Part shown: one piece after another, positions 19,951 through 28,088 of the stretch
Position numbering within the stretch: position 1 is the stretch's first letter
Layout of the letters: the number at the start of each line of letters is the position of its first letter
DNA from: Candidatus Thorarchaeota archaeon
Lineage (GTDB): Archaea; Asgardarchaeota; Thorarchaeia; Thorarchaeales; Thorarchaeaceae
Direction: 5' to 3'
DNA length: 64,000 nucleotides
Assembly (NCBI GenBank): GCA_004524445.1
Contig: SDNP01000002.1
Coordinates: forward strand, 64,001-128,000
Made by a program: the position numbers and the translations under genes
The notes under the pieces: generated by a model
What the model was told of the DNA's origin: nothing
What the model saw: only the letters and a program-made list of their open reading frames with translations
Database searches by the model: none

Positions 19951-20961
19951 ATGCATGGGAATATAATTGAAGGTGACTTTCTCGAGGTGCATAATGGAGA
20001 TATATTTGAAGTAAGAGGCTTAGTTCATCCTTCTGACGGGTACACTGCTTATGCGAGATATGTGAGAAGCACATATGGAGATAGGGTGTCAGTAGATGGG
20101 CGTACCTATAGGAAGTTATCGACACTACAGGAAAAAATGAGTTATGCCCAAAGGAGGACTCCATCCTACCTGCATTTTGACCCCCGCAAAGATAGAGTTG
20201 TTCAGGTTGTTCCAAAGAAGGATATTGTGCACATTCTAAGTCCGGCTGAACGTCTGAGAGAAATTAGTGAATGCAGTACGGTATCAGATTTAGAAAAAGA
20301 TGTGATTGATTTTTCAGCTAAATTGTCTACAAAAACGGGAATAAGCTTTGATAATATGGGGGTCATAGGATCGCCATTAGCTGGCCTAGCGCACTCGTCT
20401 TCCGATATTGATCTTATTATCTATGGTTATAAGACCGGGAGGAGGTTCTATACAAAAATGCGTGAGATTCTTTCTAATGAGGATGATGAATTAGAGAGGT
20501 ATTCAGGAAAAGGATTAGCTGAGCATACGCAATCTCGATGGGGAGAAAGGAGTAGTATGCCTGACCTTGAGAGGATTGAAGGAACAAAAGTCCTGCAGGG
20601 ACGATTTCGCTCTAGAGATTTTTTTATCCGTTTAGTTCCGAACAAATCGGAAGTTGGACATACATATGAAGATTATATCACAAAGTCATCAGGGCTTGTA
20701 TATAGAACTTGTAATATTGTTGACGATTACAAGGCAATCTTCACGCCCTGTGAATATTCTGTTGCCTGTGAAGAGGATCCGTTTTTGACCAAAATAGTAG
20801 GGTACCAGAGTAGATTTGCTGAATGCGCAAGTGAAGGAATGAGGGTGAAAGTATTTGGAAAGTTGGAATCTGTGATAAGTCAATTTTCTGGATTTCATAA
20901 ACAAATTGTCTTGGGAGGATATTCTCTGAACTCTTTCCTGCCAATTCGAGAGATGGACTAG
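19951..20961 (+). CDS. Predicted archaeal nucleotidyltransferase (COG1665-like)
   Basis: FEVRGLVHP, GVIGSPLAGL...SDIDLIIYG, FTPCEY. Confidence 0.8.
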   Translation: MHGNIIEGDFLEVHNGDIFEVRGLVHPSDGYTAYARYVRSTYGDRVSVDGRTYRKLSTLQEKMSYAQRRTPSYLHFDPRKDRVVQVVPKKDIVHILSPAERLREISECSTVSDLEKDVIDFSAKLSTKTGISFDNMGVIGSPLAGLAHSSSDIDLIIYGYKTGRRFYTKMREILSNEDDELERYSGKGLAEHTQSRWGERSSMPDLERIEGTKVLQGRFRSRDFFIRLVPNKSEVGHTYEDYITKSSGLVYRTCNIVDDYKAIFTPCEYSVACEEDPFLTKIVGYQSRFAECASEGMRVKVFGKLESVISQFSGFHKQIVLGGYSLNSFLPIREMD

Positions 20962-21019
20962 TTGGATACGGCCATCTTTCAATCATTCACTTTATCAACA
21001 CGGTTTCACAGTCACTATC

Positions 21020-21417
21020 TGTGAATGGCGCCATTTTTGTGAATATAATATGGCATAAGAACCCCATTTGTCTTTTTTTCATAATAGCAGCCCTCATAAC
21101 TCCGTTCATACATGTGAATAAAGACACCCCTTCGTTTCCACTGGAGATTAGTAATTAGAGATATGAATAACACTAGACCGTATTCACAAGGGTAATAACC
21201 ATGTGAATAGCACTTAAATTGGAGAAATATCCTTAAAACACCAAATAAGAGTTATGAGCGCTTTATATTTTTAAATAATATCAAAGAGGGGCAAAAATCT
21301 TCTAAATAATAGTTTAGAAGCTAATAAAGCTGTATCAGGTAATATCTTGACCTTATGTGTATATAGTGGATTCACATACTCACACTTATTTGGATTCTAA
21401 CGCTTCCAAATGTGAAT
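21020..21417. repeat. TGTGAAT iteron cluster (7 exact copies, both orientations)
   Basis: Copies at 21020, 21038, 21113, 21182(rc), 21202, 21370(rc), 21411, plus near-matches at 21004, 21162, 21455. Confidence 0.8.
21126..21146 (-). promoter_or_regulatory. Origin recognition box (ORB) CTCCAGTGGAAACGAAGGGGT
   Basis: Matches the archaeal ORB consensus TCCAGTGGAAAC-N-GGGG; lies in a 500-bp AT-rich intergenic region. Confidence 0.8.
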
Positions 21418-21465
21418 CGGGTGCGCAGTACCCTTGGGTTTGAGTACCGATCATGGTGAATCACA

Positions 21466-22092
21466 GTGAGCGAAGAAATTCGAACAAATTACATCTACGA
21501 GTTCACCTATGGATCCGGACCAGGGATGAAAGAAATTTTTCGGTGCAAATATGTTTCGCCAGATGAAGCTCTAAAGCGTTTCAAAAAGATAGTATCAGTT
21601 ACAGAATCTCCCTTTGATTTCAAGATAGTAATATCTTCAGAAACTACTGGAGAAGAGTCTAGCTTTCAGGTCAAAGGCGATATCGATGAGATGATTCAAA
21701 AATTCAAAGTATTTCTAGAAACAAGCACGGGATATAGCTTTCCCGAAACCAAAATCGATGCATCATCGACAAGTTCGCCTGAGCTGGATTTCGAAGCTAT
21801 GAGCAATTATGAGAAGATGCAGGTTGTAATCTATGCATCATTTAAGCATGGGAAATTCTCTTCTCTTGATGTAGCTGAAATTTATGAAAGCACTTTCAAT
21901 GAGTCACTTCCAAAGAGTACAGCATCCACTTATCTTGCTAGGATGTGGGATGAGGGAGAAGGGCATCTGGAGAGATATGGAAATCGCTCGGGCTATACAT
22001 ATCGACTGAAGACCGAATTGAAAGAAACTCAAAGGGAAGTGGAGAGGTCTGAAGAAATTCTTTCAATGATTCACTTGCAAGTAGGCAAATAG
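21466..22092 (+). CDS. Winged-helix DNA-binding protein adjacent to an ORB-containing region
   Basis: C-terminal FSSLDVAEIYE...LPKSTASTYLARMWDEG...LERYG...YTYRL wHTH. Confidence 0.75.
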   Translation: MSEEIRTNYIYEFTYGSGPGMKEIFRCKYVSPDEALKRFKKIVSVTESPFDFKIVISSETTGEESSFQVKGDIDEMIQKFKVFLETSTGYSFPETKIDASSTSSPELDFEAMSNYEKMQVVIYASFKHGKFSSLDVAEIYESTFNESLPKSTASTYLARMWDEGEGHLERYGNRSGYTYRLKTELKETQREVERSEEILSMIHLQVGK

Positions 22093-22132
22093 ACTCGACT
22101 TCAGTTCTCTGCTCAGCTTTTATCTCCATATA

Positions 22133-23446
22133 CTACAGTTCTGTTGTTCTTTCTTTGAGTTCAATCCCAAGTTCTTTAAGCTCCGATAGAATTGGCTCGT
22201 AGATTTGTGGAAGAATGGGTCGATGTACTCCCCTAGCCTCGATTTCGCCCTGTAGAATTAGTCTAGTTGCAATAGCCACTGGCAATGCTACGGTTCTAGA
22301 CATAGAGGTATCACCGTCGGGGATGCCATAATCAATCAAGGTAGATGTTATCTTCTCTTTCTTATCTGGGTACTGAGCTACGAACTCATGATGCATCACA
22401 ATCATATCTCGTTCACCACTAGCATACTGCAGTTTCTCTTCGAATAAATTGCATAGAGCATCAAGGTATGTATTCCGTTCATCAGGTACTATTTCTTGAG
22501 AAAATAATCCAAGCCAATCAAGTCGTTCGATAACTGGATCCGAGGGTTCTAGATCCAATTTCTTGGCAACAGCGTTTCTTGGAGTTCTGTCCTGAGGAAG
22601 CATTTGCTGAATCATCTCACTGTATGTTATGCCAGATAATTCTCGTTCAGTCAGGTCTAGAAGACCCAGATCAGCAATTGCTTGAATCGTATTACACCAG
22701 CCAGGATATCTCAATGTACCCCTCAACATTGTTTCCACTTCGTTAATATCGTAGATATCAATGTAGGAGAGGCTATCTCGATTGGGATAACCTTCGAATT
22801 CACCCATTTCGGGAATCTCCATGGTTTTGCAATTATTGAACAACTCTGAACCAGGAATGGTTACCTCTTCGCCATCCTGCAAGAATTGAGCATCATTTCG
22901 CCCGGCAAGTAGGACACCGCGAGGACTCCATGATAGCTTGTAGCCAAATGGATTATCATTTGCTTCTGGAGCGGGCAGGCCACCAGTAAAGGAAGTGAAA
23001 CTGATTATCCTGCCATCCTGGTCATGAATTTCATCGATGATTTTTTGTGCACTCATATGGTCAATGCCAGGATCTACACCGCACTCATTAAGAAGAATAA
23101 CATCAGCTTCCTTTGCGGTTTTATCCAGCTCCTGCATCTCGTCCGAAATATAAGAAGTGGTACAGAAGTGTTTGTTGTTCTCAATTGCCACTTTTGCTGC
23201 CTTAACATGATAGGTATATGGAAGAAGAGAGCATACCAAATCAGATTTGTTTACGAGTTCTTGAAGAAGCTCATCATTATCTTTTATATTGAATTGAACA
23301 GCCTCTGCACTCTGGCAGCCCTGAATTAGTCCTTCAGCCTTCTCTTTTGTCCGACTAGCAACAATGACATGATATCCTCTTTTACATAGATATTGAACAT
23401 AGGGCCGGGCAACGAGACCCGCGCCCAAACATAGAACAGTCTTCAT
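22133..23446 (-). CDS. Saccharopine dehydrogenase (glutamate-forming, Lys9/SDH-like)
   Basis: LGAGLVA, SLLPYTYH, NECGVDPGIDHM, GGLPAPE.NDNPFGYKLSWSPRG, RGTLRYPG, MSRTVALP. Confidence 0.93.
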   Translation of the reverse strand: MKTVLCLGAGLVARPYVQYLCKRGYHVIVASRTKEKAEGLIQGCQSAEAVQFNIKDNDELLQELVNKSDLVCSLLPYTYHVKAAKVAIENNKHFCTTSYISDEMQELDKTAKEADVILLNECGVDPGIDHMSAQKIIDEIHDQDGRIISFTSFTGGLPAPEANDNPFGYKLSWSPRGVLLAGRNDAQFLQDGEEVTIPGSELFNNCKTMEIPEMGEFEGYPNRDSLSYIDIYDINEVETMLRGTLRYPGWCNTIQAIADLGLLDLTERELSGITYSEMIQQMLPQDRTPRNAVAKKLDLEPSDPVIERLDWLGLFSQEIVPDERNTYLDALCNLFEEKLQYASGERDMIVMHHEFVAQYPDKKEKITSTLIDYGIPDGDTSMSRTVALPVAIATRLILQGEIEARGVHRPILPQIYEPILSELKELGIELKERTTEL

Positions 23447-23453
23447 AGTTTAT

Positions 23454-24761
23454 TCACCTGTTGAGGTATTTGTTTAGATACGTGTATTGTTCAGTGAGAG
23501 AGCCTCGGTAGACAATTATTGCGTCTTTTAGCTCTCTGCAGAGATCAAGTTTGTTGAATTCGACAGTAAAATCTGTTTCTGCCAAAGGCGGAATAAAATC
23601 CAATAGGGTTTCACTGAATGAGGTTGATGACTCTATCGGCAATTCACATGGCAGGTTATCAACCGCCATGATTACAGGCCCCTCTGTTGTGATACTCGGG
23701 TCTGCTGTTTTTGTTTCTATATTGTACGTGAAGGCAGGTTCATCGGGCTTGGTGCATTTGACAGTGAATTCAATGGCACCTTCAATGTCACATGAGATGT
23801 CGCCAAGTACAATGAGCTTATGTTTTGTCTTCGACCAGTAATTCTCAATGAAGTCCTTGGTTAACAAGCGGGGGTATTTCGGAGACCAATAGATGCAGTT
23901 CATCAACACGGTAAGGTATTTCGCATGTTCATGAAATATTCCATGATATTTGTCGAGTCCATGAGCGTAGTAATCTTGAAGATCGAAATCTCCCCCATCA
24001 TTAGAGACCACCATGTCTTTCTCCTTGAAAACACATTTGTACAATATGTCGAATCTTTCCGGCAGAGATGGCAAATCCTCTGGTGATACTACCTCATGGG
24101 GCAAGATATCAAAAATCCTCTGAGCTCCTTGTGATACATTACCGTAGCCTGCAAATCCGACAATGAAAGGAGCAATCTCTTTGGGAAGACCTTTTTCTTG
24201 AATTCGTTTCGCTATTTTTCTGAATTCCGTTTCTATACCTGAAACTCCATCAGACTCCAATGTAGGTTTCAATCCGTGAAATGGATTAGGATGAATGTCT
24301 TCCATCTTGAGTCGTTTGCCAAGTACCCTGAATGTATCTGAAATGCCAGCCATTCCAGCCCAATTTCCGAAGTATACTAGTCTCCTACCCTCATCGTTCA
24401 CTATAAGTTCATAATCAAGAAGAGTTGCACCTTCATCAAGTAATCTCGCAAGCATGGGCATATTATGACTCTGACCTTTGATTGTATGACTGAAGAAAAG
24501 GTGTACCTTGTTAGGTTGAAAGAAATTTTCTGGCATCTCTTTTATACCAAGTATTATTTTCGGTTCCTCACCATCTAAGGGCCCTATCTCCGCTCCGGCT
24601 TCGAGATACATCTGTTCATCGAACACCCTCAGATTACTAGGTTCAACTATGAAGTCAATGCCGTGATTTTGGTGTAGCTGTTTTGCATGACCGGGTATAA
24701 GAGGTGCCCGAGCCTCAAAGGCCTTTTCTTCTTTTCTGATCCCAATTTTGTTCACAAACAA
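23454..24761 (-). CDS. Lysine-ketoglutarate reductase (LKR domain of AASS / Lys1-like)
   Basis: IGIRKE...EARAPLIP, FFSHTIKGQ, DYE, GYGNVSQGA, NCIYW, DISCD, MAVDNLPCELP. Confidence 0.9.
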   Translation of the reverse strand: MFVNKIGIRKEEKAFEARAPLIPGHAKQLHQNHGIDFIVEPSNLRVFDEQMYLEAGAEIGPLDGEEPKIILGIKEMPENFFQPNKVHLFFSHTIKGQSHNMPMLARLLDEGATLLDYELIVNDEGRRLVYFGNWAGMAGISDTFRVLGKRLKMEDIHPNPFHGLKPTLESDGVSGIETEFRKIAKRIQEKGLPKEIAPFIVGFAGYGNVSQGAQRIFDILPHEVVSPEDLPSLPERFDILYKCVFKEKDMVVSNDGGDFDLQDYYAHGLDKYHGIFHEHAKYLTVLMNCIYWSPKYPRLLTKDFIENYWSKTKHKLIVLGDISCDIEGAIEFTVKCTKPDEPAFTYNIETKTADPSITTEGPVIMAVDNLPCELPIESSTSFSETLLDFIPPLAETDFTVEFNKLDLCRELKDAIIVYRGSLTEQYTYLNKYLNR

Positions 24762-24860
24762 GCCTCCTGAATAGAAGTTTTCCTCGGTCCGAACGGGTGA
24801 GCGACCCTACTTGTCCTTTAAGCTTTCCATCGAGGAGTCATATTACAAACTAAGAAATTG

Positions 24861-25441
24861 AGAACATGTGTTCTAGTTTCTAGTGAAAGTTCTTGGCATA
24901 TTTGTACATCTATGATTGTGTTGCGGCCAGAGAGAGCAACGCCAGAAGAGTGTCCTTCACAAAGGAGCTCTACGGATTCACCTATTCCTGGAAGACCAAA
25001 TCAGGTATGAAGACGAAAAGAAAGATTGGACTCATTGAGGAGTGTATGGGAGCTGAGCCAGTCACAGACTCTGCCATTCTAGTCCCCGATAGCTGCAAGG
25101 ATCAATTTGACGAACTCTTTGTATATTATCGGGATATACTAAAAATCAAAATCTTCAAAGTGGAGTCAGAAGTATATTTGTAATACAAATAATACATTTT
25201 TGTAGGAACAATAGAACACGTGTTCTAAATCTAACCAGACCCCATTATTTCCAGTGGAAGACAATATAAATTACAAAGAAGATAATTAGTAAAGTATAAA
25301 TAGTAGTATATGTACCCCGATATTATCTCCATTTCTATATATATCATACAACGGGTTCCTGGATCCTCATCCATTTCTATACTTCCAGTGGAAACGAGGG
25401 GGTATATTAGCCAGCGAATATTAACTAGAACACGTGTTCTA
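24861..25441. repeat. Three AGAACAYGTGTTCT palindromes
   Basis: 24861-24874, 25212-25227 and 25426-25441 (last two are the perfect 16-mer TAGAACACGTGTTCTA). Confidence 0.9.
24893..25183 (+). CDS. Small conserved-type archaeal protein (possible ferredoxin-like/PaaX-Cas2-like fold) adjacent to origin
   Basis: 96 aa; YIYD, RRVSFTKELYG, basic hairpin KTKSGMKTKRKIGL, SAILVP; fold is inference. Confidence 0.55.
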   Translation: MAYLYIYDCVAARESNARRVSFTKELYGFTYSWKTKSGMKTKRKIGLIEECMGAEPVTDSAILVPDSCKDQFDELFVYYRDILKIKIFKVESEVYL

Positions 25442-25460
25442 AGTACTATTCCAGTACCAC
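25184..25460. other. Replication origin (oriC): inverted ORB pair flanking an AT-rich unwinding region
   Basis: ORB on minus 25239-25259 (TTCCACTGGAAATAATGGGGT), ORB on plus 25383-25403 (TTCCAGTGGAAACGAGGGGGT), ~120 bp AT-rich spacer with TCCATTTCTATA direct repeat (25328, 25370). Confidence 0.85.
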
Positions 25461-25526
25461 AACACTGATAGACGATATGAGTGTCGCTGAAATTGTTGGC
25501 ATGATATGCCTTTGGAGAATTAGGTC

Positions 25527-27422
25527 ATGACAAAACCGAAGGACTTGTTGGAAGATAATCCTGGTAAGAGTATTCTATTATTGGCAAACGAAGCCATTGC
25601 AAGGGGAACTCTTGAGGCTGGAGTTAGACTAGTCGCATTGTATCCTGGGACGCCCAGTAGTGAAATTGGAAATAATCTCACCTTCATGGCGCCACATATC
25701 CCGAACTTCTACTTTGAATTCAGCACGAACGAAAAGGTGGCTATGGAGGTTGCTGGTTCTGCTGCAGTAGCCGGGGTTCGCTCAATGATGGTCTGCAAGG
25801 GACCGGGTCTCAATGTAGCAGCAGACCCGTTTTTCTCCTTGGCCTATGTTGGTGTCCGAGGGGGAATGGTTATCGTTGTTGCAGACGACCCCAGTATGTG
25901 GAGTTCACAGAATGAAAATGACAGTCGGTATTATGCACTGATGGGTAATATGCCCATGATGGAACCCTCAGATCCTGCAGAGGCAAAATCAATGCTTCTT
26001 GAAGCCTACAAATTTTCAGAGAGTCTAGAGCTTCCGGTATTATTTAGGACCACAACTCGTGTAAATCATACTCGTGCCCCTGTAGTATTGGGGCCCATTG
26101 AGGATCGGCCAGATAAAGTGGAATTCGAAAAAGAACCAACTCGATTTGTTCCAGTTCCCTCTGTTGCACGACAACGTCATCCCTGGTTGTTGAAACAAAT
26201 AGACGCCGCAAGAGAATTGTCGGAACAAAGCGAACTGAATTTCGCCGTCGGCGAGGGTGACCTCGGAATCATTACTAGCGGGGTCTCGTACAATTATGTA
26301 ATGGAATCACTTACCCGACTAAATACTAAAGCAGAAATTCTCAAACTTGGCATTACTCATCCTGTACCCGAACGGAAGATCATCGAGTTTCTGAAGCGCC
26401 ATGAGAGCGTTGCTGTGGTGGAAGAGTTAGAACCCTTCATCGAGACTCATGCTCGTCGACTGTCTAATCTACATGACCTATCCAATGTTGAAATTCTAGG
26501 AAAGGAACAAGGATACTTCCCAAGAGTGTATGAATACACTCCCAAAATAGTTACCGAAGGACTAGCAAAAATACTAGACAAAGAATTACCCGTAGATTGG
26601 AAGCATTTAGATACACTCAGCGAAGAGATTCCTGATCTCCCTCCGCGACCACCTCTGTTGTGTGCCGGCTGTCCGCACCGAGCGTCATATTTTGCTATCA
26701 GAACCGCCACTCGCGGAAAAGCAATCTATCCATCTGACATAGGATGCTATACACTTAGCATTGCACCACCATTAGAAACCGCCGACATATTGTTTGACAT
26801 GGGGTCTTCTATCAGCACAGCATGTGGATTATCTCAAGTGACTGGACAAGAAGTTGTTGCGAGTATTGGAGATAGTACTTTCTTTGCTTCAGGTCTGCCT
26901 GGCATCGTCAATGCCGTATATAATGGCCATCCGATTAGCCTAGTAGTCCTTGATAACCGAACGACAGCCATGACTGGTCATCAACCACACCCGGGGACAG
27001 GAGTCACCGGTATGCAGGAGAAGGTTGAACCACTAGACATTGAAGGAGTCTGCAAGGGACTGGGTGTCAAATACACCAAAACAGTGGACCCCTTTGAGCC
27101 ACTTGCCGATCTTGTGGCTGAAGTACGTAAAATGGTTGAATGGGTCAGGGAGAATAAGGCACCGGCTGTCCTAGTATCCAAAGCACCATGTGCTTTACTC
27201 ACGGCTGCAGAACGACGTCGAACCCAAGAGCAACCAGAGCCATACTTTGTGGATTCGGAGATGTGTACAGGATGCAAACGATGTCTCAACAGATTTGCCT
27301 GTCCTGCTATGTATTGGGACTCAGAAACAGAGAAGGCTGCCATTGATGAAACACTCTGTAATCTATGTGGGAGTTGTGTATCTGTCTGTCCTCAAGGGGC
27401 CATAGTACAGAAGGAGGAATGA
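25527..27422 (+). CDS. iorA: Indolepyruvate:ferredoxin oxidoreductase alpha subunit
   Basis: YPGTPSSEI, NEKVAME, GLNVAAD, PPRPPLLCAGCPHR, DIGCY, IGDSTFF, two C-terminal 4Fe-4S motifs. Confidence 0.95.
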   Translation: MTKPKDLLEDNPGKSILLLANEAIARGTLEAGVRLVALYPGTPSSEIGNNLTFMAPHIPNFYFEFSTNEKVAMEVAGSAAVAGVRSMMVCKGPGLNVAADPFFSLAYVGVRGGMVIVVADDPSMWSSQNENDSRYYALMGNMPMMEPSDPAEAKSMLLEAYKFSESLELPVLFRTTTRVNHTRAPVVLGPIEDRPDKVEFEKEPTRFVPVPSVARQRHPWLLKQIDAARELSEQSELNFAVGEGDLGIITSGVSYNYVMESLTRLNTKAEILKLGITHPVPERKIIEFLKRHESVAVVEELEPFIETHARRLSNLHDLSNVEILGKEQGYFPRVYEYTPKIVTEGLAKILDKELPVDWKHLDTLSEEIPDLPPRPPLLCAGCPHRASYFAIRTATRGKAIYPSDIGCYTLSIAPPLETADILFDMGSSISTACGLSQVTGQEVVASIGDSTFFASGLPGIVNAVYNGHPISLVVLDNRTTAMTGHQPHPGTGVTGMQEKVEPLDIEGVCKGLGVKYTKTVDPFEPLADLVAEVRKMVEWVRENKAPAVLVSKAPCALLTAAERRRTQEQPEPYFVDSEMCTGCKRCLNRFACPAMYWDSETEKAAIDETLCNLCGSCVSVCPQGAIVQKEE

Positions 27423-27425
27423 AAA

Positions 27426-28037
27426 ATGAGTGGTAATACTAGTAATACAGACACTGTTGATATTGTAATCTCTGGCGTTGGAGGACAGGGAGTCTTGACC
27501 CTGGCAGAAATCTTGGCGAAGGCAGCACTAGCCGAGTCCAAAAATGTTAGAGTTGGAGAAATACATGGGATGGCTCAACGTGGGGGTCACGTCATCTGTA
27601 CAGTTCGTATCGGACCTGATGTAAGTGGACCTATTGTTGATCCCGGTACAGCAGACATCTTAGTTGGTTTCGAACCAATTGAAACGCTGCGAGAGATAGA
27701 AAGCATAAGTAAGGACGGCAAAGTACTCATGAACTCAAATGTCCTTCATCCCGTAGCAGTATCAATGGGCAAAGCTGAATATCCAAAACATGCTGACATT
27801 GTAGAATCGATTAAACCATTCACCAAGAATCTCATACAATTTAATGCAATGAACCTTGCAAAGGAAGCGGGTAGTGATAGGGCAATGAATATGGTCATGT
27901 TTGGTGCAGTCATTGCACTTAACCTCACAGGCATATCAACAAACACAGCAAAGAAGACCATTAGAAACACATTCCCCGGGCGCTATGAGGACATCAACAT
28001 CCGCGCTTTCGAATCTGGAATGAAGCAAATCAATTAA
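27426..28037 (+). CDS. iorB: Indolepyruvate:ferredoxin oxidoreductase beta subunit
   Basis: GVGGQG, EIHGMAQRGG, NMVMFGA. Confidence 0.93.
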   Translation: MSGNTSNTDTVDIVISGVGGQGVLTLAEILAKAALAESKNVRVGEIHGMAQRGGHVICTVRIGPDVSGPIVDPGTADILVGFEPIETLREIESISKDGKVLMNSNVLHPVAVSMGKAEYPKHADIVESIKPFTKNLIQFNAMNLAKEAGSDRAMNMVMFGAVIALNLTGISTNTAKKTIRNTFPGRYEDINIRAFESGMKQIN

Positions 28038-28088
28038 TAGCACCAAACATCTGTTCAGGACCAGATAATTTTTGTATTATTTGTAATA

